From Planctomicrobium piriforme (GTDB lineage Bacteria > Planctomycetota > Planctomycetia > Pirellulales > UBA1268), in NCBI GenBank assembly GCA_945861585.1, contig CAMAVC010000038.1:1-30282 (forward strand): DNA of 30,282 nucleotides, read 5' to 3'. Positions 1-8,783 of this stretch are shown piece by piece. How positions within the stretch are numbered: the stretch's first letter is position 1; each line of letters opens with the position of its first letter. Position numbers and translations under genes: made by a program. The notes below the pieces were generated by a model that was given only the letters and a program-made list of their open reading frames with translations, was not told the origin of the DNA and did no database searches.

Positions 1-13
1 ATCGGCAGCGGGC

Positions 14-1039
14 TCATGGCTGCGGCCTCCGGGCGGAAGGCTGGGGCGGCTGCGGCACGCTGGCCGGCAGGTTCATGAGCGGCAGAAACTGCTTCGCGTC
101 GGCGTCGAGGATCACCTTGCCGCCGAGCTGCGGGAGCACCTGGCCGATCGTCTCGAGGTACAGCCGCTGCCGCGTCACCGCAGGAGCCTTTTCATACTGT
201 TCGAGGAGCGCTCGAAACCGGGCCACGTCGCCCTCGGCCTCGTTGACCCGCTTCGTGGCGTAGCCCTCGGCCTCGCTGAGCTGCTTCTGCGCCTCGCCAC
301 TGGCCCGGGGCACGACCTTGTTGTATTCGCCGTTGGCCTGGTTGATCATCTGCTCGCGCTCCTGCTGGGCGCGGTTCACCTCTTCGAAGGCCTGCTGCAC
401 GGCCGTCGGCGGATGCACGTTCTTGAGCTGCACCTGCTGCACCCGCAGCCCCATGTGGAGGGTTTCGGCGAGGGCGGAGAGCTTGGCGATCGCCTCGTTC
501 TCGATCCCCTGCCGGCCGATCGTGAGCACTTCGTCGACGGTGCGGTCGCCCACGACCTCGCGCATCACGCTCTCGGAGAGGTCGCGGAGCGTGGGGCCGG
601 GCTCGCGGTGGTTGAAGAGATACTGCTCGGGGTCGGCGATCTCGTATTGCACGACCCACTCGACATGCGCGGCGTTGAGGTCGCCCGTCACCATGTCGCG
701 CTCCCGCTCCTGCTCGTTCGAAACCTGGTCGGGGTTCGTCGTGTGCCCGGAGCCGAAGCCAAACTCCATCTTCAGCTGACGCTTCACCGGGAGGATCGTG
801 ACGGTGTCGATCCCGAAGGGCAGCTTGAACCGCAACCCAGGCCCCGACGTGCCGATGAACCGGCCGAACCGCTGCACCACACCCACGCTCTCGGGGCCGA
901 CGGTGTAGACGCCGCGGGCGAGGCCCGCGACGAGCAAGAGCGCGAGCGCCGCCGTGAGGAGCGCCGGCAGGGGCAGCCCGCCCCCGGTGGGGAGCCGGGG
1001 AAACTGCGACTGGTTCGGAAATCGTGGAAAGTCAGCCAT
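14..1039 (-). CDS. hflK: HflK-like SPFH/band-7 membrane protein (modulator of FtsH protease)
   Basis: From the in-frame ATG (MADFPRF...) the protein has an N-terminal TM segment followed by an SPFH domain (VYTVGPESVGVVQRFGRF..GPGLRFKLPFGIDTV), which is colinear with HflK. The track ORF 14..1531 is over-extended from a GTG. The TGA stop at 14-16 overlaps an ATG at 15-17 on the same strand (ATGA), so the next gene, probably hflC, starts there and runs off the window. Confidence 0.8.
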   Translation of the reverse strand: MADFPRFPNQSQFPRLPTGGGLPLPALLTAALALLLVAGLARGVYTVGPESVGVVQRFGRFIGTSGPGLRFKLPFGIDTVTILPVKRQLKMEFGFGSGHTTNPDQVSNEQERERDMVTGDLNAAHVEWVVQYEIADPEQYLFNHREPGPTLRDLSESVMREVVGDRTVDEVLTIGRQGIENEAIAKLSALAETLHMGLRVQQVQLKNVHPPTAVQQAFEEVNRAQQEREQMINQANGEYNKVVPRASGEAQKQLSEAEGYATKRVNEAEGDVARFRALLEQYEKAPAVTRQRLYLETIGQVLPQLGGKVILDADAKQFLPLMNLPASVPQPPQPSARRPQP

Positions 1040-1169
1040 GCGTCTCAAAAGACAATACCCTCGCGAAGAGGCGCGTGCCACCTGACAGAAACCGTTCGCC
1101 GAGGTGACGGCAGCCGCCAATGAAAACCGGTGTTTTTTTCGATCCGCCCGCGCGACTATCGTGCCGGGC

Positions 1170-2219
1170 ATGACGCACCACTCCGACATCGAACGCCAGA
1201 TCGAATTCGACTTTTTGCGGGCGACGGAGATCGCCGCGCTCAACACGCTCCAGTGGCTCGGCAAGGGGCAGAAGGAGCTCGCCGACGCGGCCGCCTGCGA
1301 CGCGATCCGCGGGATGTTCGATCTCGTAGAGATGTGCGGCGAGATCGCGATCGGGGAGGGGATCAAGGACGAGGCCCCGGGGCTCTTCAAGGGGGAGAAG
1401 GTGGGCACGTGGCGGGCAGGCGCACCGCGGTTTGAGATCGCGCTCGATCCGATCGACGGCACGACGAACGTGGCCAAGGGCATGCCGAACTCGCTCTCCT
1501 GCATCGCCGCCGGCCTCGTGACCGACGGCACGCCCTGCCTCCTCGACGTCCCCGCCTTCTACATGCAGAAGCTCGCCTACCCGCTCGAGGTGCGGAAGGC
1601 GTGGGTGGCCGACCCGACGCTACCGATCGACATCGACGCGCCGGTGGGCGAGGTGATCGACGTCACGGCCAAGATCCTCGGCAAGGAGGTGCGCGACGTG
1701 GTCGTCTCGATCCTCGACCGGCCGCGGAACGAGTCCTTCATCGACGAGGTGCGGCGGAAGGGGGCGGCGCTGCGGCTCATCCAGGATGGCGACATCGCCG
1801 CGGCGCTCGCGCCGGCGATGCGTACGAGCTCGATCGATCTCTACGTGGGCATCGGGGGCGCGCCCGAGGCCGTGCTCTCGGCGGCCGCCCTCCGCTGCCT
1901 CGGTGGTGGAATGCGGGCCAAGATCTGGCCGCGCGACGAGGCGGAGCGAAAGCATCTCGAGGCGATCGGCTGGGGCGACCGGCTGGGCACACAGTTTATG
2001 TCGCGGGATCTCGCCCGCGGCGACCACATCGTGTTCGCGGCCACCGGTATCAGCACCGGGCCGCTGCTCGAGGGTGTCGACGTGCGCGGCACGATCGCCA
2101 CCACGCATTCACTGATCTTGCGGGCCAAGAGCGGCACGGTGCGATTCGTGGAAGCCCACCACGATCTCGACCGCAAGACGATCCACCTGCGGAGCACGCA
2201 GGCCGAACGGCGGGTGTGA
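1170..2219 (+). CDS. glpX: Fructose-1,6-bisphosphatase class II (GlpX)
   Basis: Colinear with GlpX over its full length: ATEIAAL..WLGKGQK..AD.AA..A, IGEGE.DEAP...GEKVG, DPIDGT, and further. The ATG at 1170 matches the GlpX N-terminus. The track start at 1104 is a GTG extension. Confidence 0.85.
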   Translation: MTHHSDIERQIEFDFLRATEIAALNTLQWLGKGQKELADAAACDAIRGMFDLVEMCGEIAIGEGIKDEAPGLFKGEKVGTWRAGAPRFEIALDPIDGTTNVAKGMPNSLSCIAAGLVTDGTPCLLDVPAFYMQKLAYPLEVRKAWVADPTLPIDIDAPVGEVIDVTAKILGKEVRDVVVSILDRPRNESFIDEVRRKGAALRLIQDGDIAAALAPAMRTSSIDLYVGIGGAPEAVLSAAALRCLGGGMRAKIWPRDEAERKHLEAIGWGDRLGTQFMSRDLARGDHIVFAATGISTGPLLEGVDVRGTIATTHSLILRAKSGTVRFVEAHHDLDRKTIHLRSTQAERRV

Positions 2220-2226
2220 TGCGGCA

Positions 2227-3055
2227 TCACGTCGGGAGCACCCGCGCGCCTGCGGCGGCCCGTGTCGCGAACATCTCGGCATCGATGCCGGTGGCCAACA
2301 AGTAGTCGCGGTGCACTGCCGCCGCCACGGCGTCGGCCGCTGCCGCGGTCACGAGCGCGATCGCGCAGCCCCCGAATCCCCCGCCGGTCATCCGGCAGCC
2401 AAACACTCCAGTCTGGCGGATGGCAATCTCGCACAGCGTGTCGAGTTCGCGACAGGAGACCTCGTAGAGGTCGCGGAGCGACGCATGGCTTTCGTGCATG
2501 AGCCGCCCCGCGGTGGGCCAGTCGCGCTGCTCGATCGCAGCAACGAATGCGAGCGTCCGGTCATTCTCCGCGAGAACGTGCCCGGCCCGGCGTCGCTCGA
2601 GATCGGAGAGCGCGTGGTGCCTGGCCACAGAGCATCTCGATGACGGTGGCCGTGGCCACCTCGAGCGCGGCGCTGCTGCTCAAGCCGCCGCCGGCAGGCA
2701 GGTCGGCGGTGATCACCGCGTCGAATCCCGGGATCTCCCAGCCCAGCTGTTGGTAGCCGGCGAGCACGCCCGCGGGATAGCGAGCCCAGTCGCTGCGGCC
2801 GGGCTCGAGCGCCGCCCGCAGGTCGAGCAGTGCCGCGCCCGCTTCGCGCTCGGAACGGAAGGCAGCCATGCGATCCCGACGGCGCGTGACAGTGATCGTG
2901 ACACCCCGTTCGATCGCCATCGGCACGACGAAGCCTTCGTTGTAGTCCGTGTGCTCACCGATCAGGTTCACGCGCCCGGGAGCGTGAACGACGAAGGCCT
3001 CGAGGGCCGAGGAGCTCGGGCGATTCATGGCGGCTCGATGGAAGATTTCGCGCAT
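2227..3055 (-). pseudogene. GHMP-kinase (galactokinase-like) gene disrupted by internal deletion plus frameshift
   Basis: The N-terminal fragment (track ORF 2561..3055) carries the galactokinase signature APGRVNLIGEHTDYNEGFVVPMAI and the GHMP motif PAGGGLSSSAALEVA. The C-terminal fragment (2227..2628, other frame) carries HVLAENDRTL..MHESHASLRDLYEVS and TGGGFGGC. The frames switch right after ..VIEMLCGQ near 2617-2632. About 85-90 residues between the two motif blocks, including the GIMDQ region, are missing relative to canonical GalK. Confidence 0.5.
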
Positions 3056-3186
3056 GACGACGGACAGGAAACCGGCGTCAGTCTAGTGCCTCGTGGTGGC
3101 TCACCATCGCAGAGGCTGGTACGCTCATGACTCGAGTCGGTCGCAGTGATGTGAATCCCGTTCGTGTGATTCCAGGAGGCGGTTCC

Positions 3187-4473
3187 ATGCAGGCTTCGCG
3201 CAGGACAGTGTCCCGGCGGCGTGCCCTTCAGGCGGGGTTGTCCGCCGGGGCTGCCATCGCCGTGCCCACGATCATTCCCTCGTCGGCCCTCGGCCTCGAC
3301 GGAGCGGTGCCGCCGAGCGAGCGGATCATCGTCGGCGGCATCGGCATCGGTCGCCGCGGCGAATACGATCTCGGCTGCTTTCTCGAGCAGTCAGACGTGA
3401 CGTTCGCCGCCATCGCCGATGTGAAGGAGGGTCGTCGCCAGGCCGTCAAGAAGATCGCCGACACGAAGTACGGCACCGAGAACTGCACGATGCACCGCGA
3501 CTTTCGCGAGGTGCTCGACCGCAAGGACATCGACGCGGTGCTGATCGCCACCGGTCCCAACTGGCACGGCCTGATGGCGATGCTCGCCGCCAAGGCGGGC
3601 AAGGACATCTACTGCGAAAAACCCTGCACGAAGAACATCGCCGAGACGCTCATCCACCGCGACACGATGCGGCGGTGTGGCACGGTGTTCCAGGCGGGCA
3701 CGCAGCGGCGCAACCTGCCGCACTTCGCTTTCGCCTGTGAGCTCGCCCGCACCGGCCGGCTGGGGAAGATCAAGAAGGTCTACGCCCATCCGAATGGCCT
3801 GAGGGCGACGATGAGCGGCTGGCTTCCGGCGGAGCCCGATCCCGATCCGAAGGTGGACGACTGGGACATGTACTTGGGCCCGGCAGCCTGGCGGCCGTTC
3901 AATGCCAACACGCTCAAGGACGGATTCAACTTCGAGAAGGGGGGCGGGCTCGTGGGCGGCGGCGTCCTCGAATGGGGCTCGCACTGCGTCGATCTCTGTC
4001 AGTGGGCCGTGAACGACTGTCTGCCACCCGTGGAGTATCAGCCGCCCGCGAACGACCAGCTCGTGTGTCGGTATGCCGACGGCGCCGAGCTCATCTTCCG
4101 CGAGAAAGGCTGGATCCCGCTCGGCTCGTGCCCCGTGCGGTTCGAGGGCGAAACGGGCTGGGTGGAGGCCGGCGATTCGGGGAAGCTCGTGCTCAGCTCA
4201 CCGGCGCTCCTGGCCGGTCGCAAGATCGAAGAGATCGGCGGCTATCCAGCGACGGTCCACGTCCGCGACTTCCTCGACTGCGTGAAGACCCGCGGCAAGC
4301 CGAAGGGCAATGCCGACGCGGCCTGCAATGCCCACATCGCCTGCCACGCCGCGAACATCGCGATCGCCCTTGGCCGGACGGTGAAGTTCGACAACGCCAC
4401 GAACATGTTCGTCGGCGACGACGAGGCCAACCGGCTGCGGTCGGAAGCCCTGCGGGAGCCATGGCGAGTATGA
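3187..4473 (+). CDS. Gfo/Idh/MocA-family NAD(P)-dependent oxidoreductase with twin-arginine (Tat) signal peptide
   Basis: AGGAGG sits 8 nt upstream of the ATG at 3187. The N-terminus MQASRRTVSRRRALQAGLSAGAAIAVP is a Tat motif. A Rossmann motif IIVGGIGIGRRG follows. The length and overall layout are typical of the family. Confidence 0.7.
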   Translation: MQASRRTVSRRRALQAGLSAGAAIAVPTIIPSSALGLDGAVPPSERIIVGGIGIGRRGEYDLGCFLEQSDVTFAAIADVKEGRRQAVKKIADTKYGTENCTMHRDFREVLDRKDIDAVLIATGPNWHGLMAMLAAKAGKDIYCEKPCTKNIAETLIHRDTMRRCGTVFQAGTQRRNLPHFAFACELARTGRLGKIKKVYAHPNGLRATMSGWLPAEPDPDPKVDDWDMYLGPAAWRPFNANTLKDGFNFEKGGGLVGGGVLEWGSHCVDLCQWAVNDCLPPVEYQPPANDQLVCRYADGAELIFREKGWIPLGSCPVRFEGETGWVEAGDSGKLVLSSPALLAGRKIEEIGGYPATVHVRDFLDCVKTRGKPKGNADAACNAHIACHAANIAIALGRTVKFDNATNMFVGDDEANRLRSEALREPWRV

Positions 4474-6359
4474 ACGGAGCCTCTACGATGCCCTTGAAGA
4501 ACCCGAAGACTCTGTTGCTGACCATCGTCGTGGCTGCCGCCTGTTCGGTGCCCGCTGGCCTCGCCGTGTGCGCGGCGGAAGCGTTGCCGGCCGAAGCCGA
4601 GCTGATCGCCGTGCTCCGCTCCGACGCAAGCGAGGCCGACAAGGCGCTCGTCTGCAAGAAGCTCGCGATCAAGGGCTCGGCTGCCGCGGTCGGCGACCTC
4701 GCGAAGCTGCTCGCGAACGAGCGGCTCGCATCGTGGGCACGGATTCCACTCGAGGCGATTCCGGGCCCCGAGGCCGACGCCGCGCTGCGCGCGGCCGCCG
4801 GGTCGCTCTCCGGCCGGCTCCTCGTGGGCGTGATCAACTCGATCGGCGTGCGGCGCGATGCTGCGGCCACGAGCCTGCTCGAAGGTCGGCTCGGCGACGC
4901 CGACGCCGAGGTTGCGGCCGCAGCAGCGGCCGCGCTCGGCAAGATCGGCACGCCTGCCGCGGCGGCGATCCTCGCGAAGCAGTTGACTGCCGCAGAGCCA
5001 CGGCTCGACCACATGGCCCAGGCGGCCATCGTCTGTGCCGAGCGGCTGCTTGCCGCCGGCCAGGCCGGCGAGGCTGGGAAAGTCTACGGCGCCATCCGCA
5101 CGGCCAAGGTGTCGGAGCAGCGGCAGGCCGAGGCCACCCGCGGCCTGATTCTGGCTCGTGGCAAGGACGGCATTCCGCTCCTCATCGAGACGCTCCGGTC
5201 GCCCTCGCGGCGGATGGCGAACATCGGCCTGTTCACGGCTCGCGAACTGCTCGATGGGCCCGCGGCCGGCGACGTCGATGTGGCGCTCGTGGACGAGATC
5301 ACGCGCATGGCCGGCGGTGGCAGTGCCGACAAGGCGGCGCTGCTCGTGAAGGTGCTGGCCGACCGCAACGCCGACGGCGGCGTTCCCCCGGGCCTGCAGG
5401 CGACAGTGCTCCGCTGGGCGGCGAGCAGCCCGCAGGCGGTGCGCCTGGCGGCGCTCGAGGCGATCGGCCGGATCGGTGACGCATCGGCCGTCGATCCGCT
5501 CGTGTCGCTCGCGGCTGATCCGGCCGTGGCGGATGCCGCGCGGATGGCGCTGGTGGCGTTGCCTGGCGAGGCCGTGAACCGGGTCGTGATCGGCCGGCTG
5601 TCAGGTGCCGATGCAAAGTTGCAGCCGATTCTTGCCCAGGTGATCGGCGCGCGGCGGATTCCTGCGGTCGCGCAGCTGCAGCCGCTCGTGGCAAGCGCCG
5701 ATCCCGTGGTGCGCGGCGCTGCGTTCGAAGCCCTGGGCAACATCGTCGATCTTGCGAACCTCGGGCTGCTCGTTGATGCCGTCGTCAAGCCGCGCGATGC
5801 GGCCGAAGGCGAGGCGGCGCACAAGTCGCTCCTCACAGCGTGCGTGCGGATGCCCGATCGTGACGCCTGTGCCGAGAAGCTCGCGACGGCGGTGGCCGCG
5901 GCCTCGGGCGAGACCAAGACCAAGATCCTCGACATCGTGGGCGAGGTCGGCGGCACGAAGGCCCTCGCCACTGTGAAGGCCGCGGCGATGTCGGGCGAGG
6001 AATCGCTCGCCGACGCCGCCACGCGACTGCTCGGCAAGTGGATGACGGCCGATGCGGCGCCCGTGCTGCTCGACCTCGCGGCCGCGCCGATCGGCGAGAA
6101 GTATCAAACCCGGGCGATCCGCGGCTACATCCGGATCGCGAGGCAGTTCGCGCTCGCCGATGCGGAGCGGGCGGAGATGTGCACGAAGGCCCTCGCCGCG
6201 GCGAAGGATGCGGCGGATCGCAAGAGCGTGCTCGAGATCCTGCCCCGGTATCCGAGCCCGGCCATGCTCGCGGTCGCCGAGCAGGCGTCGAAGCTGCCCG
6301 GCCTCGAAGCCGAGGCGAAGGCCGCCGCCGATGCGATCCGGGCCAAACTTCCCAAGTAG
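4470..6359 (+). CDS. Secreted HEAT-repeat (PBS-lyase HEAT-like) protein
   Basis: The ATG at 4470 overlaps the upstream TGA stop (ATGA), indicating translational coupling. The N-terminus MNGASTMPLKNPKTLLLTIVVAAACSVPAGLAVCAAEA is a signal peptide. It contains repeated A.R.AA..ALG.IGD..AV.PL...L.D units. The track ORF start at 3972 is a spurious upstream extension into the previous gene. Confidence 0.6.
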   Translation: MNGASTMPLKNPKTLLLTIVVAAACSVPAGLAVCAAEALPAEAELIAVLRSDASEADKALVCKKLAIKGSAAAVGDLAKLLANERLASWARIPLEAIPGPEADAALRAAAGSLSGRLLVGVINSIGVRRDAAATSLLEGRLGDADAEVAAAAAAALGKIGTPAAAAILAKQLTAAEPRLDHMAQAAIVCAERLLAAGQAGEAGKVYGAIRTAKVSEQRQAEATRGLILARGKDGIPLLIETLRSPSRRMANIGLFTARELLDGPAAGDVDVALVDEITRMAGGGSADKAALLVKVLADRNADGGVPPGLQATVLRWAASSPQAVRLAALEAIGRIGDASAVDPLVSLAADPAVADAARMALVALPGEAVNRVVIGRLSGADAKLQPILAQVIGARRIPAVAQLQPLVASADPVVRGAAFEALGNIVDLANLGLLVDAVVKPRDAAEGEAAHKSLLTACVRMPDRDACAEKLATAVAAASGETKTKILDIVGEVGGTKALATVKAAAMSGEESLADAATRLLGKWMTADAAPVLLDLAAAPIGEKYQTRAIRGYIRIARQFALADAERAEMCTKALAAAKDAADRKSVLEILPRYPSPAMLAVAEQASKLPGLEAEAKAAADAIRAKLPK

Positions 6360-6377
6360 GACAGGCTTCAGCCTGTC
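6356..6377 (+). repeat. REP-like palindromic element copy 1 (GTAGGACAGGCTTCAGCCTGTC)
   Basis: Exact 22-mer. Its TAG at 6357-6359 is the stop codon of the HEAT-repeat gene. Confidence 0.9.
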
Positions 6378-6393
6378 GCCCTCGAGGGCCGTC

Positions 6394-7641
6394 ATGAGGA
6401 ACTCGATGTCTCGTCTTGCAGCGGTCTTTTGCATGACACTGCTCGTCGCCGTGCCGGCCCTGGCCGACGTGACGTTTAAGAAGCAGACCCTCAGCGAACG
6501 CTTCGTCGCCGAGGGCTGCGACATGGCCGACTTCGACAAGGACGGCCACGTCGACATCACGGCTGGCAACACGATCTGGCATGGGCCCGATTTTTCGCGG
6601 CAGACCGAGTTCACGCCTCCAGCCGACAATCCGAGCGGCCCGACGAAGACACCCTACGATCCCACGAAGGGGTATTCGGACTACTTTCTGGCGTACGCGC
6701 ACGATTTCACCGGCGACTCGTGGCCCGACATTCTCGTGTATGGTCTGCCGGGCGAAGCGGCCCATGTGTTCGTGAACCCGCAGGGGAAGCCTGGCCACTG
6801 GGAGAGGCACGCGATCTTCGACGTGGCCGACGGCGAGTCGCCCGACCTCGCGGACATGAATGGCGACGGACGGCCCGAGCTCCTCGTGCACTCACGCGGT
6901 CAGCTGGGATTTGCCGAGATCGATTGGAAACAGCCGCTGGCGAAGGCGCGGTTTCGCCCCGTCACGCCGAAGTCGCCCGAGAACGACAAGAAGTATTTTC
7001 GCTATACGCACGGCTACGGCGCGGGTGACGTGAACGGCGACGGCCGCCCAGACCTGCTCACGAAGGACGGCTGGTTCGAGCAGCCGGTCGATATCTCCAA
7101 GGACACGATCTGGCCGTTCCATCCGGGTCCGTTCGGACCGCCCGACGCGCCTCGCGGCGGCGCCCACATGGAAGCGTACGACGTCAATGGTGACGGCCGC
7201 ACCGACGTGGTCACGAGCTACGACGGCCATGGCTACGGGCTCGGCTGGTTCGAGCAGAACGCCGACGGCACGTTTACCGAGCGCCGGATCATGGGCTCAA
7301 AGCCCGAGGACCACCCCCAGGGGGTCGCGTTCAGCCAGCTGCATGCACTGCGGCTCGTGGACATGAATGGCGACGGCCTCCGCGACATCGTCACGGGTAA
7401 ACGCCGCTGGGCGCACGGGATCAATGGCGATGTGGAGCCGAATGCGCCGCCCGTGCTTTATTGGTTCGAACTCGTGCGCGACGGGAAGGGCGGAGCCACC
7501 TTCGTGGCGCATAAGATCGACGACGACAGCGGCGTGGGCACGCAGGTGACCGTGGGACACCTCGACGCGGACGGCAAGCCCGACGTGATCGTGGCCAACA
7601 AACGTGGCGTGTTCGCGTTTTTTCAGCAGGCTGGACGATAG
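6394..7641 (+). CDS. Secreted FG-GAP/VCBS-repeat beta-propeller protein
   Basis: The N-terminus MRNSMSRLAAVFCMTLLVAVPALA is a signal peptide. The body contains repeated FG-GAP-type D.NGDG..D motifs (DFDKDGHVDI, DMNGDGRPELL, DVNGDGRPDLL, DVNGDGRTDVV, DMNGDGLRDIV, DADGKPDVIV). Confidence 0.6.
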   Translation: MRNSMSRLAAVFCMTLLVAVPALADVTFKKQTLSERFVAEGCDMADFDKDGHVDITAGNTIWHGPDFSRQTEFTPPADNPSGPTKTPYDPTKGYSDYFLAYAHDFTGDSWPDILVYGLPGEAAHVFVNPQGKPGHWERHAIFDVADGESPDLADMNGDGRPELLVHSRGQLGFAEIDWKQPLAKARFRPVTPKSPENDKKYFRYTHGYGAGDVNGDGRPDLLTKDGWFEQPVDISKDTIWPFHPGPFGPPDAPRGGAHMEAYDVNGDGRTDVVTSYDGHGYGLGWFEQNADGTFTERRIMGSKPEDHPQGVAFSQLHALRLVDMNGDGLRDIVTGKRRWAHGINGDVEPNAPPVLYWFELVRDGKGGATFVAHKIDDDSGVGTQVTVGHLDADGKPDVIVANKRGVFAFFQQAGR

Positions 7642-7653
7642 AATGCGTCTCGT

Positions 7654-7675
7654 GACAGGCTGAAGCCTGTCCTAC
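7654..7675 (-). repeat. REP-like element copy 2 (reverse orientation GACAGGCTGAAGCCTGTCCTAC)
   Basis: Exact reverse complement of the unit. It lies 13 nt after the FG-GAP gene stop and is followed by TTTTTT. Confidence 0.9.
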
Positions 7676-7681
7676 TTTTTT
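7654..7681 (+). terminator. Intrinsic terminator formed by REP copy 2 hairpin plus T6 tract
   Basis: GACAGGC-TGAA-GCCTGTC is a 7-bp GC-rich stem. CCTAC and TTTTTT (7676-7681) follow, just downstream of the FG-GAP gene. Confidence 0.5.
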
Positions 7682-7692
7682 GGAGGTCATGC

Positions 7693-8700
7693 ATGCGGTT
7701 CATTGCTCTGATCGTGGCGTTCGTTTCGTCCGCTGCCGTGGCCGCCGACCCCTGGCTCGTGATCGAAGGGGGCGAGGGGCCCGGAAAGGGCAAGCATGTC
7801 GTGCTCGTGAGCGGTGATGAGGAATACCGCAGCGAGGAGGGGCTCACGCAGCTGGCGAAGATCCTCGCCAAGCATCATGGGTTCACCTGCACCGTGCTCT
7901 ATGCGATCGATCCCGAAACGGGCGAGATCAACCCCATGAACCAGAAAAACGTCCCGGGGCTCGAGGCCCTGCGGAAGGCGGACCTGATGGTGATCGCCAC
8001 GCGGTTTCGCAACCTGCCCGACGAGCAGATGCAGGAGATCGATGCGTATCTGAAAGCCGGCAAGCCGGTGATCGGGCTGCGAACCGCGACGCATGCGTTC
8101 GCGCTGCCGAAGGAGTCGCGATTCGCCCGCTACAGTTGGAACAACAAGACCGACATGTTCACCGAGGGCTTCGGCCGCCAGGTGCTGGGCGAGACGTGGA
8201 TCAGCCACCACGGCCATCACGGCCACGAGAGCACGCGCGGCCTCCTCGTGCCCGAGGCGAAGGAAAATCCGATCGTCCGGGGCATCAAGGACGGCGACAT
8301 CTGGGGCCCCACCGACGTGTACGGCGTGCGGCTGCCCTTGCCCGGCGACTCCAAGCCGCTCGTGCTCGGGCAGGTGCTCGAGGGGATGACGCCCGATGCA
8401 CCCGTCGTCACAGGCGCCGACGCCAAGAAGAACGAGCCGATGATGCCAATCGCATGGACCAAGACGTATGCCGTGGAAGGCGGGCCGACCGGCCGCGTGT
8501 TCACGACCACGATGGGCTCGTCGACCGACCTGGCATCGGCCGGCCTGCGGCGGCTGCTCGTGAACGCGGCCTACTGGGCGGTGGGGCTCGAGGACAAGAT
8601 TCCCACGGCCGCGGACGTGGAAGTCGTGGGCACGTATGAGCCGACGCCGTTCAAGGCCGGTGGCCACAAGAAGGGCGTGAAGCCACTCGATCTGCGGTAA
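7693..8700 (+). CDS. Secreted hypothetical protein, tentatively ThuA/class-I glutamine-amidotransferase-like
   Basis: GGAGG sits 6 nt upstream of the ATG. The N-terminus MRFIALIVAFVSSAAVAA is a signal peptide. The body, starting KHVVLVSGDEEYRSEEGL, resembles ThuA-domain proteins. The family assignment is from memory only. Confidence 0.4.
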   Translation: MRFIALIVAFVSSAAVAADPWLVIEGGEGPGKGKHVVLVSGDEEYRSEEGLTQLAKILAKHHGFTCTVLYAIDPETGEINPMNQKNVPGLEALRKADLMVIATRFRNLPDEQMQEIDAYLKAGKPVIGLRTATHAFALPKESRFARYSWNNKTDMFTEGFGRQVLGETWISHHGHHGHESTRGLLVPEAKENPIVRGIKDGDIWGPTDVYGVRLPLPGDSKPLVLGQVLEGMTPDAPVVTGADAKKNEPMMPIAWTKTYAVEGGPTGRVFTTTMGSSTDLASAGLRRLLVNAAYWAVGLEDKIPTAADVEVVGTYEPTPFKAGGHKKGVKPLDLR

Positions 8701-8722
8701 GTAGGACAGGCTTCAGCCTGTC
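8701..8722 (+). repeat. REP-like element copy 3
   Basis: Exact 22-mer. It starts immediately after the TAA stop of the ThuA-like gene at 8698-8700. Confidence 0.9.
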
Positions 8723-8731
8723 AGGAATACC

Positions 8732-8753
8732 GACAGGCTAAAGCCTGTCCTAC
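8732..8753 (-). repeat. REP-like element copy 4 (loop variant TAAA)
   Basis: GACAGGCTAAAGCCTGTCCTAC: reverse orientation with one loop substitution. It lies 9 nt from copy 3. Confidence 0.9.
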
Positions 8754-8761
8754 GACGTCAC

Positions 8762-8783
8762 GACAGGCTAAAGCCTGTCCTAC
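8762..8783 (-). repeat. REP-like element copy 5 (loop variant TAAA)
   Basis: Identical to copy 4, 8 nt away from it. Its CTA at 8780-8782 is the TAG stop of the minus-strand binding-protein gene. Confidence 0.9.

Noticed and set aside
1104-1169. Longer GlpX start at 1104
   Set aside because: The codon at 1104 is GTG and the extra 22 residues have no counterpart in GlpX. The ATG at 1170 aligns with the family N-terminus.
3972-4469. 5' extension of the HEAT-repeat ORF (track start 3972)
   Set aside because: It overlaps the well-supported oxidoreductase CDS in another frame with an Arg-rich junk translation. The true start is the ATG at 4470, which overlaps the upstream stop.
5601-6891. Minus-strand ORFs 5601..6629 and 5833..6891 (342 and 352 aa)
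   Set aside because: They are antisense to the HEAT-repeat and FG-GAP genes and cross the REP element and an intergenic gap. The translation is low-complexity with no domain signature.
8701-8783. CRISPR-like appearance of three regularly spaced direct/inverted repeats
   Set aside because: The repeats are 22-nt palindromes separated by only 8-9 nt. They sit in mixed orientation and match four dispersed single copies elsewhere. There is no leader and there are no cas genes. This is a REP cluster, not a CRISPR array.
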